DNA from: Pelomyxa schiedti
Taxonomy: Eukaryota > Protista > Evosea
Length of the DNA: 64,000 bases
Assembly: GCA_020536535.1 (NCBI GenBank)
Contig: JAHLWZ010000605.1
Span: 21,625-85,624, forward strand
Reading direction: 5' to 3'
Shown: positions 1-13,335 of the stretch, one piece after another
Layout: every line of letters starts with the position of its first letter
How positions within the stretch are numbered: position 1 is the first letter of the stretch
The notes under the pieces: generated by a model
Seen by the model: the letters and a program-made list of their open reading frames with translations, nothing else
The model's database searches: none
What the model was told of the DNA's origin: nothing
Translations under genes and position numbers: made by a program

Positions 1-1956
1 CACAAGAAACTGTTGCAAACCGTTTTATTGTTTCTATCCAAAATACTGCTGCTTTTATCTTTAAATCTCGTCTCTTCTCAAACAGTTCCACATGATCCTA
101 TTGCCAACTAAATGTACAAAGGCAAATTGAGGACACTCACTCTCCAATATTTCAGGCACTTTACAAGAACTCTTTGTCTGTGGAATAGAATGGCTTTTTC
201 TGCTTGCTCGTGCTTGTGAATTTTTTCTTGGTAATATACAATCCAATTTGACAATAATGTACACTGAAATTATTAGCCGAATAATTGCTGCATAATATTA
301 CCTTCAGTTTATTTTGGTAGTGATTTACAGCAAGGTACTGCGGGGAGTTAGCCACGTTTTATTATAAGGCTCTACCCTATTGCTATTAGAAACGGCCTCA
401 CTGTGAGCTGTGGCTCGCCATACTTGGAGGTACACACCAAGAAGGGTTTGATCATAGTGCTGACTTGCCTTAAAGTGATGTAAGCAGACCACATTTTCAC
501 ACAAAAAAAAACTTGGAATTGAGCTATTCGCAGCTGGTAAGTCCGCTGCCAAACAGAAACCCACTGCTGAAACATGTAGTGGAGAATGTGTTTGTGGTGT
601 ATTTCTGAAACTTGATTGAAAATGTAACGAATCAAAACAGAACGTTCTGAGTAGGCACTCCATGATCGCATGAAGGAAGATAAGACTTTGTCACGTGCTC
701 TTATTTGGGCAACAATAATCCTCCCCTTGCTATTGTTACAGGATTTTGAAATAGAGGTACCTTTTGTATTTTATTTGATTCAGTGAAAGTTGACCAAGCA
801 TAAAAACACATTTTGAGTTGCTGCAAGTTGTGTTTCCTGACTGCTTTTCCAATTTTGGAAAGCTCACCATCAGGAAGAGTTTCTGCTGTACATTTTACCC
901 ATGCATTCCAATAAGCCTGTAAATTCTTGTATAATAACGTTACTTATCTCATACAGAAATGAACTTAGACAACATGTTTCTTCTGCCTTCCAATAAACCA
1001 TGCTACTTGTTCTTCTGTATCACTCGAAACTTGCACCATCCATCTCAGTGCAAAAAACGCTTTAGCCTAGCTATGTAAGAGAGAGGAAAAAGAATACAAC
1101 AACCATAAGGCTTTGTTCATAATGATTTTCTGCAATCAAGGACTGGGAATGTTGAGCCGTTTTTTGAATTGTATCTAACAATGTAAAGTTTAAGTGCCTT
1201 TATCCAAGGAGAGTACAATTTTTCCATTCCAGAAAAGTAGAGTTCAATAAATGTACTTTGTGCAAGAGGTGTGCTTTGCTCACTTGACTCAAGGTTTCTT
1301 TGGATTTGGACGTATATCTCATCCAAAGAACAAAATGTCCGCGCAATAACACTCTGCTTCTTTGCATAGCTTCTATCTATACAACTTAAGAAAGTGAGGT
1401 GGGCAGTGGGCTTACCTTGGACTCGGCATTAATGACAAGGCTCCACCCGCGCAAGGCAGATTGTACTGTGTGGAGATACCAAAACTGGAGAGCCATTTCC
1501 GAAAGTTGATTTGAATTCTGCTTGCTTTCGGTATACTGCCTCCAAACAGAAAAACACGTTCTCTGTATGCGAAAGGCAGCTGAAGTATGTAAGCAACAGT
1601 AACAGTAAGAACGGTAGACCAAAGCACATTCCCAGCATGTCATCCTGAGACGCCTTCTTTTTCTCTCGACACACTTTTAAAAATGCCTGCCAGCAAGAGC
1701 GAAGCAACACCATTCTTGTGTGTTGTCGGTCCGAAGTAGCCCTTGGGGAAAAAAAAAAATTACCGGTAATGCGAGACTGCCAGTCGCGAGGCTCCAGGCT
1801 CCGCTCCCATTTGGCTGGGATCTCGGCACACAGGAGGACCACACAACAGCGCGGCGGATCCAACAACCACCGGGCGCAGATCTCGCGCAACTTGAGCCTC
1901 CCCCACCGGCGATGTGGTTGCAGCGACTTGTCGGTTACGAATGCCCCGTGACGCAT
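1..1956 (-). CDS. Sfi1-like centrin-binding repeat protein (multi-exon, runs off the left edge)
   Basis: Exon fragments carry Trp-ended repeats of Sfi1 type: AFRIQRTCFSVWRQY..ALQFWYLHTVQSALRGW, AVRKHNLQQLKMCFYAWSTF, HHKHILHYMFQQW, LLRSCWQAF. ATG at 1956 is in frame with the first repeats; an alternative ATG lies at 1960. Confidence 0.6.
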
Positions 1957-2332
1957 TCATCGTCGCGAGATTGTTGTTTCTTCTTATTGTCAGATTCACC
2001 GAACTCGGTTTGTGGCCGGGCCCATAATCCTGCTTGAAGTAGTCAAGAACGAGGTATAGCCCGCCGGAGACGGCCTTATCCTGTAGGCCCTTAAAGGGAA
2101 TCACTGACTCGTTTGGTGGTTCTTCTCGTTAGGTCTGAGAGGCTTACCTTCAGTTAACAAAAAAAATGTGTACTCTCATTTATGGGGGTCCGCAAACCAG
2201 AAGGATTAAAACTTGTATTTTTTTTTTTTTTTTTTTTTTGTTGTTGTTATTTTGGGTAATGGGGTGCAAGGGGACTTTCTCCTCAGCACAGGTGCTACAG
2301 ATAAAGTGGGAACGAGTGACCTACTTCAGGGT

Positions 2333-4183
2333 TCACAGAGACAAACCAAAGGGTTTTACAACTCTGGACAAGGCAGCACGGGAGCGAAGTAGGGATAGTA
2401 CAAGCCCATAGTTGGTTATGGGAACTTTGCTCTGCTCAAGGTCATTTAATCTGGAACCCATGCCCTGCTGGTCTAGCATGCAGCCTCCACAGTGTACAAC
2501 TAGTGAATATTGCCTCAAGTCACGCTGCTGATACTCACGCCCAAAGGCGTGCTCTACCTTCACAACACCTTGCCCAAATCGCCGTGCTATTCCAGCAGGA
2601 ATTTGCTTTGTGCCAATGTCATCAAGGATGCGGTCGTGGTTGCAGGCTTCGCAAATCAGGACACGGTCCCCCTTTCCGAGTTTTTCAAAGCGTCGCAAGC
2701 CTTCCACAAATTGGGGAAGCCTGTTGAGTTTGAGTATTTGACTGCTGAGAGAAGAGACAACCTGCCCTGGCTGAGATAATTTATCATACAGATGGAAAAC
2801 GTGGTGATTGGTACTAATTCCGCACCTGTCTTTTTGTCCATGGTCCAAGGATCTACAACATCCACGGCTTGAGAATCGGTAATTAATAGCCTTGAGGTAG
2901 ATGAAAATTACTAATCAACTCTTGTATAAAATACCTACTTCAATCTATCTCCTGTCTTGAGTACATTGATGTTGTCTCTGAATCTTTTTTCTTCTGTTTC
3001 CCGAATTCTTACGTCAGTGCTTCTCGCTTTCCGCAGATCCATTCTATAAGCAAAAGTATTCACTTTTGGTGGTGTAAGTAAAATTGTTAAAGAAATACAG
3101 ACAAACCATAGTTACGAACGAGTGCCTCTTGGGTGATAGCTTGGGGGCGCAAGAAACGAGCATTGGGAGTTTCTTCATCCATAGGAATGTCTGTCCAAAA
3201 GTTATCGGCTTTAGTGGGAAACAGGCTTCACATACTTAAAAAAACAACCGAGTCATGGGGTAAGCCTACATGGGTTGGAATCAGTGGAACTGCGCTTGTG
3301 TGTTGTTTGCTTGCTGATTCCACCCACGCAATGACACGTGACCCCGCATTTGGATCTGCGAGATTAACAGCTAAGGTAGGACAGAGTAATTCTCCTGCCT
3401 CAATTCCAAACATTATTCTTAAAGAATAAGACAATGGGTGAGTATTACCTTGTTCCGAATCCCGAGTTTATCTTCTGTTGCTTCTAACAGAGTATTGAAA
3501 TCTTGCTGGCTAGTTTGGTGCCCAGAAGAGAACAAATTAAAGAGAACAAGAAGCTTGTTAGCCTTTCTATCGCCAGGTTTCCGCTGTGCTAGCATCTTAC
3601 TTATAATTGTTTGCGCAGGCAGTACGGAAGATAATTCGTATGGGTTCACAACCACGACCACAATGTCAGATTCATTGAGGTTTCCCATAGCTTTAACACG
3701 TTTCTTGTCACCAAGAAGACCTTGGGGGAGGGTGAAATTCAAATGAAGGGCCAGGTAACGGATAAGCTCAAGTCACCTTCTTCATCAATTCCTGGGGTGT
3801 CGAAAAGTTTCACAGGACCCAAGCCGTGCACCTCCATCAGTGCTACCTTGGTGTCAGCAGTAGTTCCGGGTTTAGAGTCCACAATTGAAGTCTGTGTGCC
3901 AGTAATGACATTCATAAGAGTAGACTTTCCAACGTTCATTGCACCTGTGGTTTTAAAATGGTGTTCAATACAACAGTCCCTCTGTGCACAGAGGTATAGG
4001 CTACTAACCAAAAATGCCTATGTTTGTCCTCAACAACGGAGTATCGACTATCCTGTTTGCAGCAGGGGTAGACGACTTACGAGAGGCCGAGTGGCCACGG
4101 TTGCCAACACGTGAACCCAGCAACGACCAGCCGTAACTACGACACGACACCAGTGGAAAAGACACACCAACACTCTGCAGCAT
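2333..4183 (-). CDS. hydF: [FeFe]-hydrogenase H-cluster maturation GTPase HydF with N-terminal extension
   Basis: Spliced product has P-loop RTNIGIFGAMNVGKS, PGTTAD, DTPG, a dimerisation region (IPMDEETPNARFLRPQ, LLITDSQA, TTFSI) and the cluster-binding EACNH...HCGGCM...PITNYG. All junctions are in-frame GT-AG. ATG at 4183, TGA at 2335-2333. Confidence 0.95.
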
Positions 4184-4548
4184 TTGTTTTTATTTTGTGG
4201 TTTTGAGCTACAGCGAACTGCACCAGGAAGTACCCTGATTTTTAGCAGGGGATTCCTGTCAAGGCCTTCGAGCCTGCCAATTCGATAAGGTTGAGGATCC
4301 AAAAAAAGTAGAGAAATTCCGTGGCGCCTCGCAGCTCGGCTTTGAGCACTTTTTCGTCGGCCGAACTTTTTTTGCCCTTAGGGTAACGCACGCGTGTGTG
4401 CGCCACACCACACTCGTTGGTCCCAATCCAACCCAACCATACTCCACACGACCACTCCCTCCTCACTCTCTGCCAACCGCTTTATTATTATTTTTTCCAC
4501 TGCCCCACATACATACTCACAGACCCACAATAACAACAACAACCCAAG

Positions 4549-7500
4549 ATGGCCGATGGAGGCAGTGCCCCCATACCACAGCGCCGCGGCCTGTTCATGA
4601 CCCGGGACAGGCAACAAACCAACGCGCCACTGCCTTCTTCTACCACCACTCCCGGCAGCAGCACCAGCCCCGGTCCCAGCCCCGGCACCAACGGCGGCTC
4701 AGTAAATAGCTCAAGTGGGGCCACCAAGTTAGAGCCGCCGCCGCTTTCTGTCATTGCGGCGATGTTGCCTCCTCCCACAACTGTGGCGCCGCTGCCCCCT
4801 GGCATGCAAATTAATACCGGCACGCCCACCTCTGCTGCGTCCTCTTCCTCTTCGTCTTCCTCTGCCACCTCTTCGTCGGCACTTTCGTCTTCTCCGCCAC
4901 AAATGGGGGTAATGACGTCACAGCCGAATGGCAACAGCACCGGGAGCGCAGCTGCCGTTCAGGGTGACTCTTCGGCGAAGGAGTCTGCTGATGGGGGTTC
5001 TGAACAACAGGGAGGCTCTTCCAGGCACCCACAATTTGTGAGAACACAGTCATTACTTCCAAAGGGACTCTCCCAGACGTTGATGGATGCTGCCTCTTCT
5101 TCCTCGCACCTGAGTGGCAGGATATTATCTACATCGGCAAAATCGGCTCTGCAAGGGGCAACACTCAGGGGAGTATCTGCACAATCAAGCCGTGATGCTA
5201 CACCCCTGTATGCTCCTTCCTTGTTTACTTTTTTTTTGAGAAATTAATTTTCCTCTTTTTCCACTATTACAGTGAAATTATAGAAATGGTATATCCTTCT
5301 CTTACGGTGATGGCCCATATTACTTTTTGACTTTCAATAGGCTCTCTTGGAGTTACTTGCACTTCACAAATTTTCTTTTGAAAATATTTGGGAGGTAATT
5401 GAGTTTTCAACTCCTTTTTTTAATTTAACATTGCTCTTGGAAAAAAAAATAGGGGGAGCCTGGCTTATTCCCGATATTGTACTCTCTTTAAAAAACCAAT
5501 CTATCTTATTTCTTTGAAGATATCAGTTCAAAGAGCAGTTTTTCTCCATATCGTCTTCTGATAAATCCGCAAAGCCCCTTCTTGTGCTTAATTTTCCTGA
5601 GAGTGCTACACTTCCCCAAAAAAGATTCCGTGTTCAGAGCTCTTGGACTGTCCAAAAGGTGCTAAATCTTGTTTGCCAAAAATTTCCCGCTCTTTCAGGA
5701 TCAGAGTATGTTCTTTCAACTCTGCAGCTGACTCAACATTGCCCACAGGTTAGGTCTATTTTGTATCAAAGGTTTTCGCTTGATCAATAACGAGCCATTG
5801 GCTTCTTTTGGCTTTGGCACTCTTTTTCAAAGTTGGGAGTTGCATGTTCAAGTTCTGCCACAACATGACAAACTTCCGGCCTCGTTCTCTCCACCAGTGA
5901 GATCCCTTCTAAGTCCGACCCCTTCTCTAATGGGGTCTAGCCGAATGGCTTCTCCTGGTGAAGCTACAACAACAGTAGCAACAACGACCCCAACTGCAAC
6001 AGTTTCTTCACCTACCTCCACCCAAACTCCTTCACCCCAAGAGCATGACACGCATGCCCGTCCACAAGCAGTTCAAACTATAACGTTCGATCTTCCTCCC
6101 TTATTGTTACTTGGTGGTCTGCAAAAAAAGACTGTCAGGATAACTCCAGTAAGTGTTTTCTCCCTCATTTCTAGCTTATTAAAGTATGACAGGAACAATT
6201 ACACGAACCCATACGCAACATCATAAAATCTGTTTGCTCCAAATTTGAAATACCTAATAGTGAGGATTTTTCCCTGGTTACCACAGATCCTAGTGAGGCC
6301 ATACTGTTATCATCAGACGCCACACTGGAGTCCTATGGGTCATACTTCTTCTCATCTTTTCTTTTGTTCACAATTCCTAAGACTTGGGTGGAAATTCAAC
6401 ACATGGAACTTGGTAATTGCATTTACTTCATTATGTGAAATTGGAAGTACCGTTCAAGGTGGGGCCCAAATTCAGCCTTCACTAAAGGGTGAATGGCGTT
6501 GGGTTGATGTGTCAAGAGCTAATCTTGGTATTTGTCCAGTTTTCCCTTACCCTTCTCACTTGAAATAGTAATACCTGAGGCCAAAATCTTAATTCGCTAC
6601 CTTGACACAACTGTATCCCAGCAAAGTGAAATCATCACACAACAATTAAATGACTATGCAACCCTGGAAGAAAATCTCTCCAACAGCATGGCTTCCTGTG
6701 ATTTGTTGGAGGTAGAAAAGGCACAACTCATAGATGAGCGGGACCAGCTTACTGCCGAAAAATCTCAATTTGCAGCAATGTTGGTGGAAAAGGAAGCCAC
6801 CATTGATGTTATGCAAAGCAATGTCACCTCTCTGCATGAACAACTTCAAGCTCAGCAGCGTGCTGTATGACCCTTTCTTTGTTTCATCTTGATTGAGTGA
6901 ACAAAGGCAGATGAGAAGGCAGAACAAGCTCTTGACGCCTACAATCACTTAGCTGCGGAGAAATCGGCAGAAATATCTGAAGTCAGGGCATCCCGAGATG
7001 CGTTGGAGAGTGAATTGGCCAGGGCACGAGCACAAATTGCAGAAACTAATAACAAGGTCTTTTTCACGCCTTCCTTTGCAATCGAGTGAAACCAACCCTC
7101 ACACAGTTGGCACAAATGACTACCGAGAGGGACGATTTAGAAAAAGTGTGGATCACCACAAAGCAAGAAGCAGCAGGCCTCAGAGATGAGCTCTCGAAAA
7201 CAAAGAACGAGTTTGCTGAATTCCAAATACAACACACTGAAGCAATGGAGAGCTCCAAAAAGAGAATAGAAAAGCTGAAAGTAAACTCACAGTGAAAACA
7301 GCTCAATGCTTATACAAAATGCAGGCCAAACTTGCGGAATCCCAGAAACTTGAGGAAGAAGCACAAATAGAAAAAAAGAACCTCTCTGCCCAGCTTACCC
7401 AAAACTCCAATGCACACACACACACAGTAAAACAATTTGAGGAACGTGTTGCAAGTCTCCAAAAGGAAATATCTGAACTCAATCAAAACCTTGTTGCTGC

Positions 7501-9712
7501 AAATTCCTCAGAGGCAGCTGCCAAAGAACAGGTTTCTTTGAACCTTTGTATTAATGTTTCTTACTCCCTCTGAACTCCAGATTCAAGAATTGACTGATAA
7601 TATGCAAAGACTCAGTGCACAACAGCAGCAGGAGCAGCAGGAACACAGACACCAAATCGATGTTTTGGAGCACTCTATTTCCTCTCTACAAGAGAATGCG
7701 GAGGTAATGCGCCAGAGACATGCTGAGGAGATTGACTTGCTCCGTAAAACACAAGAGGATGAAGCTGCCCAGCATCAGGCTTCCACACAAAAGCTTGTTG
7801 CGCAACTTGCACTTCTCAGTGAGCAAAGTGGTGAAATGCGACAGCAGGCGGAACAAAAACTTGTTCAACTTTCACAGATGAATGAAGAAATCGAAGTCAA
7901 AAGGAAACAAGACGAACTTGCTCTTAAACGCAATGTTACAAGTACTGTAAAAAAGAAAAAACGCAAGCTAATAGAAAATAGAACTGGAGCATGATTTGTC
8001 GGATAGCAATTCACAATATTCCAAGCTACAATTGCAGTTTTCTCAGTCGCAAGCCGAGATAAAAGCTCTGAAGGTTGTAGAATTTAGAGTCCATTCTATG
8101 TAATCATAATTAGGAAAGAATTGAAGAACAAGAGAATATGCATACAGCTACTGCAAAAAAACTACAGACAAAGATTGCTTCACTAACAACAGTATTGAAT
8201 TACACTAAAGAGTGAGTGTAGTTTAAAACGCCTTCCATAGGAAGTGGCAACTGCAAAGGAGAAATGGCGTACAACCATTTCCTTGGGCAATCAAAAAGCC
8301 AAACAGCTTCTCTCTCTTAATGCCCGACTTCTTCAACAAGTATCTTTTCCAAACTTCCATCTCGATTGAAATTAATCTCTATTTCTTAAGGCCGAACAAG
8401 AAAAAAAGCGGTTTCAAGAAGAATCTAAAGTAAGCAGTAAGCGCGCGCAACGAGTCAGGGAATTGGAAAGCCAAGTCGAGACTCTCAATAGTCAACTGGA
8501 ATCACATAAGTTGCAAGTTGAAACACTGACACAATGTGGATTACAAACGGGAAAAATGCAAGAGGCAAGATATGCACTTTTTACACAAACCTTGACCATA
8601 TTTAGACCCTTTCTGCAGAACTGGCACAAACAAAAGAAACCTTCACAAGGTAATGTTTCACGCTGCAATTCACCCTAATTTCCTTGTAGGGAGGTTGCAC
8701 TACTTCAAAAGAGCGTGCAAAGTTTAGAAGAGCAACTGAAGGTTCCTTTATAGTGACTGGTTGCAAGATTAACTTCATTTCCTTTCAGGAATCACAAAGC
8801 CACAGTAGCGAAACTCAGTCCCTATTGACTTCCAAAGATGAGCTACTCCGGTCAACACAAGCCGCCGTCGAAGAGGAACAGCGCAAGGGTGTCAAGTGTG
8901 TCCGCTCCCCCCTCCCATATTCCGCGAATCCAAAAAAAACCCCCTCTTAACCCATAACCCAAAAAAAAAAAAAAAAAAAAAAAAANNNNNNNNNNNNNNN
9001 NNNNNNNNNNNNNNNNNNNNNNNNNNNNNNNNNNNNNNNNNNNNNNNNNNNNNNNNNNNNNNNNNNNNNNNNNNNNNNNNNNNNNCAAAAAAAAAAAAAA
9101 AAAAAAAAAAGGGCACAGAACACCATATCCAAGCTCACCAACCAAATCAAGGCGCTGGAAGATCAACTGGCGGACACGACGCGTGGCCGGGCGCACACCC
9201 ACCTCGACATACTCACGCCGGCGGCCGCGGCCCTCGTTGCCAACACGTCGACGTCGCCGGAGCTCCCGCCCGCGCTCCCGACGCAGGTGTCGTCGGCGCC
9301 GCCAGCGCCGCCGCCGCCAAAGCCGGCCGCCGCGCCGCCGGTCCCGCCGCCGCCTCCCAACGCCGGCGGATTCAAGGCGGCCAAGCCGACAGCGAGCACA
9401 TCCACCAACCTGATTGCGCAGATAAACGCACAGAAGCAACAACTGATGAAAAGGCAGCCGGAGGAGAAGAAGTCAAAGGTAACACTACCTTGTCCACTGT
9501 AGTATAGGTTTATGCTAAATTATAAATACTATGGCACCTAAAACACCCGCGCACACCGTCCCACAATCTCCTTATACGTTTGGCAGACGGATCCATCACA
9601 AATTCACTCTGTTGCCGAGCTTCTGTATGTGTCCCTGCACAAAAAATTCCAGTCTGTGCACGAGAACGGTGAAGCTGAAGATCTGGACGATGTGACTGAC
9701 GATTTTGTGTAA
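4549..9712 (+). CDS. Multi-exon protein: low-complexity N-terminus, two or more ubiquitin-like (FERM-F0/RA-like) domains, long coiled coil, polyproline and WH2-like C-terminus
   Basis: Repeated beta-grasp-like units (KRFRVQSSWTVQKVLNLVCQKF...EPLASFGFGTLFQSWEL; EPIRNIIKSVCSKFEI...ATLESYGLGWKFNTWNL). E/Q/K heptad exons span 6560-8880. After the gap: PPAPPPPKPAAAPPVPPPPP then NLIAQINAQKQQLMKR. The last exon is uncertain and the model spans the N gap. Confidence 0.55.
8986..9085. other. Assembly gap (100 N) flanked by poly-A runs
   Basis: Seen directly: 25 A before the gap and C plus 24 A after it, within a probable intron. Confidence 0.99.
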
Positions 9713-9924
9713 TTTATCATAAAGAACACATTCACCCAGCAACAACAGGTTCTGTTGTTTAAACAACGCCGTGCAGCAAATTTCCCTCCCTACTTGTCTC
9801 ATTTTTCCGTATTCGGCTTCAGCAGATCGCCGAAATCACTCCCGTGATTAGGAAAAACGCAACAACCCAAGCAGGAATACCACCGTTCCCCTCGTTTCTG
9901 AGGTCAGCAACCCACCAACACAAC

Positions 9925-12900
9925 ATGTCCACACCAATTGGAACACCAGACAATACCCCACAGGCCTTACAGCCGCCATGCACAACCACCACCACGACTA
10001 CCACAACCACAACCACAACCACCACCACAACAACAACCAGGTCTACGTCCCCAAGCGGCGAGGGCAGCGGGTCCAGGGGGGGACCAAGGAGGCTTCTGTC
10101 GTGCACGCCCCCGCCGCGGCGCGCCATGTCAGCCATGCTGCCGCCTCCCTCGCACTCGCCAACCAACAGCGGCGCGGCTGCCCCTCCTCGAGGCGGCGGC
10201 ACTAGCAACAGGGCGTGGTGGGAGGACGAAGACGACGAGGACGAGGAGGCGGGGAGGGGGGGAGCCGCGCCCCAGCGCCCGTCCCCCTCCCCGTCCTCCT
10301 GCTACTCCCCCTCCCCCTCCTCCTCCTCCTCCTCCTCCTCGTCGTCGGGCAGTGAGGGTGGGACTGGGGTCGCAGAGACTGGCGGCGGCAGCAGGGGCCA
10401 GCAGCGCGGGCACGAGTGCTGCCCAAGCGACGGAGGAAGCGGCAAGGATGGCGACAGCAACGGCGGTAGCCGCGACGACGACGACGACGACGCGGCCAGC
10501 TGCTCGCCCAGGAAGAAGCACCGGGGCTGCTGCGCGGCGAGGAACCAGGACCACGTTCAGAACGCGCAAGGGGCGAATGTGTGCACGCCGTTGAAGGGCG
10601 GCGGCGGCGGCAGCCGTGGGGCCAGCGACTTCGGCGGCGTGAGCTGCTCGCAGGCGGATTCGGCTTCCAAGGGTGCTGGCGCTGTGTTCATGAGCCAGCC
10701 GGTGTTGAGCACGGGAGTGGGCACCCCAAAAAGGAATTCCTATGTGGAGAAATTCCAATCCCCGCCAAAGACACCGAAACCTCCACCGGCTTCCGCTCGC
10801 AAGGTACTTCAAAAATTCTTGCTTGTATGGTCTGACCAACATCCTATAGGCTGTGAGCTACTTTTCTTCCCCGGATGTTAATTCACCTTGGTACACTTTC
10901 ACAGTACCACTTCTAATAGAGAGCTAATTTCATACACGTCAGTAATTTTCTTTTTCCCACCAACAAAGTTCAGGATTTCATCTGGGAGGCATTTGTTGCG
11001 GTCTATGTCTACTCCTGTAGTGTGTACCAAGCAACTTTTTGGAGGAGACTTACATATATAGATAACTTCACAAGACTTGGCACACCTGGGAGGTGCTGCC
11101 AGTTCAGCTTCAGACATTTCTGAAGTATGGGGGGAAGTTGAAGAGATTGTTGTAGACAGGAAAATGCGGTTCTGTACACCAAGGAGAGTGCACATCACTG
11201 CAGAGAAAATTTCTTTTTCTCCTGTGCGTAGTCCTTTCCCCCATGAAATTGATTGAACATGGTGCATTTCATTTACATCTAACCTAGATTGCTCTTGTTC
11301 CACTTGACGCCCTTGACTTTACCAACATTGTTGACATAGCAATGACTGACAGTCCTCCTGCCATTGTTGCACTCCAGAGGTATCTATAGGAACTAAAGTT
11401 ACCATCTCACTCTCTTTTCCTCTTCAGTTTAGTAGAAACCCCCCAGCACATCCATAAAACAATATCTATCGTTTTTGAGCTCAAGAATAAAAACACTCAA
11501 GCTAAAATGGCTTCCTTCCGGCGTGCACTTGAAGCAATTCTTTTGAAAGTGACCACCACAAACAAAGATGCACAAGAACCCTCCGAGCCTGTGTTTCAGA
11601 TCGGTGAGCCCTGCACGAGTATCACAGAAGACGACCCGCCTACGTTATCTCAAACAATAGACCAACCTCCACTTCTCCTTCGTCACCTGCAAATTGTTGA
11701 AGCGTCTGAACTAAAATCAAGCCACCTCAAGTACTGGAGAATGAAAACGTTTACAACCAGCAAACTCCCAGCTGTGTTATTTCAGTATATATTGTCGCCT
11801 CTGCCGTCTTCACCTAAATCAGCCAAGGTTGTCCACCAGCAGTCACCTGCCTTGACGCCATCCTCCACCTCCTCTCCTGCTCTCAACCCTTCTGGAATCG
11901 ATTCCATCATCATTCAAGAAAATACACCAACTCCCGCCACCCCTGACATCACTGGTGCCTCAGAAACTCAAAATACATCTATAGAAATCACTGGCAGTGA
12001 TTTCACACGCTTAGATCCCGGCAACCTCCTGAATGATACTGTCATCGAATTTTTCTTGCACTATATACAACACCACATCATGCACAGTAGACAACGCAAT
12101 CGCTTCTACTTTTTCAATACATTTGCATTTGTTCATATTCACAATGGAGCCTGGGAAAGACTTTTGCATTGGATAAAAGATCAAGACCTCTTTTCCTATG
12201 ACTACCTAGTAATTCCTGTGCATCACCGGCATGAACGACAGCAACAAACAGAAGTGGAGACTGAACTACCATTGACAAATCACTGGAGTATTGTCATAGC
12301 ATGCCTTTCCCAAGATGGGTTTCGGGATTATGGTAGATGCTTCATTCATTTGGATTCTTTGGGTTCATCCCTTGAGGAACACAGTGTGGAAAACCTCAAA
12401 CTGGTTTGCCAATTATATCTTCCTCAAGACTTTCTGACATTCCACAGTTCCTCTCAAAACATTGGCAAAGCAAGTACCCATACTCCACTGATTCTTTTTC
12501 TGATATGCAAGTTGTAACGCCTTCTCTTCCTATGCAACACAATGGGAGTGACTGCGGTGTTTACTTACTGGGATACATTCTGGCCTTTGCTACAACTTTT
12601 CCTTCAAGTCTATGTGATTTCACCTTATGGAAGGGACTACTTGACGCCGTACCATACAACTTGCAGTCCTCCTGGCCCGTTCACCAGCCTTTGTCACAAC
12701 AATCCCAGTCACCGTCGCAGCTACAGCGGCGGAGCTCCGGCATAGACTTCTTGAGATATGACATCCAGGAGGTAATCGTGTCACTCATGTGCAGCTCCGA
12801 TTCCCTCGGATTCCACTCACCCGCAACGCAACAGCAGCAGTCAGCTACCCACAGACGCACACCGACACCTCAGCGGCGCTACTCCACAACAACACCATCG

Positions 12901-13281
12901 CCTCCACAGTCACCGCACACATCGCCCCAGGTCACAACCCCAACACCCTCACCACCTTCACTGCTATCTCCATTCACAGGCATTGCTTCACCATCACCCC
13001 CACTGCTGCTAAAGGAACTGGATTCCTTGAGTCTGGTGGCAAAACCCTTCAAGAAAACTGTACAAGACCAACGGGAACAGGAGGAAACAACATCAACAAC
13101 TGAAGAACAGACACAACCACAACAGCAGGCCAACAAAATAAGAAAAGAGGCTGCTTCCAACAACACCAACACTCCATCACATCACCCTGTTATGGATTCA
13201 CACAAATTGTCTCTTGTGGTTTGTGTGAGTGTGGGTGGTTTCAGTGTACCAGAACGCATAGAAAATGCCAACAATATGTAG
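9925..13281 (+). CDS. SUMO-specific cysteine protease (Ulp2/SENP6-7-like, peptidase C48) with long low-complexity N-terminus
   Basis: DFTRLDPGNLLNDTVIEFF, FYFFNTF, DLFSYDYLVIPVH, catalytic NHWS...HLDSL...QHNGSDCGVY; the last two are joined by an in-frame phase-0 intron near 12404. Linking the GC-rich first exon (poly-T/S/D/G) to the catalytic domain is less certain. Confidence 0.8.
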
Positions 13282-13335
13282 GGAACTGAATTGTAAAAAA
13301 GAATTCCACAAGAAAACAAAATTTCCCTTTGTTCT

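Noticed and set aside
1742-1763. Candidate 22-nt ultra-short intron (GTAATTTTTTTTTTTTCCCCAAG on the minus strand) in the Sfi1-like gene
   Set aside because: It is needed only if ATG 1960 is the start. ATG 1956 reads through in the repeat frame, and the homopolymer length may be wrong.
8941-8960. TAACCC-like units next to the gap, and a GC shift after it, suggesting a telomere or mis-join
   Set aside because: Only two imperfect units are present. The coiled-coil reading continues sensibly across the gap, and GC-rich Pro/Ala exons occur elsewhere.
9938-10842. Long overlapping ORFs on both strands in GC-rich segments (also 36500-36970 and 41200-41840)
   Set aside because: These are shadow frames of low-complexity GC-rich exons that lack stop codons; there is no independent protein signal.
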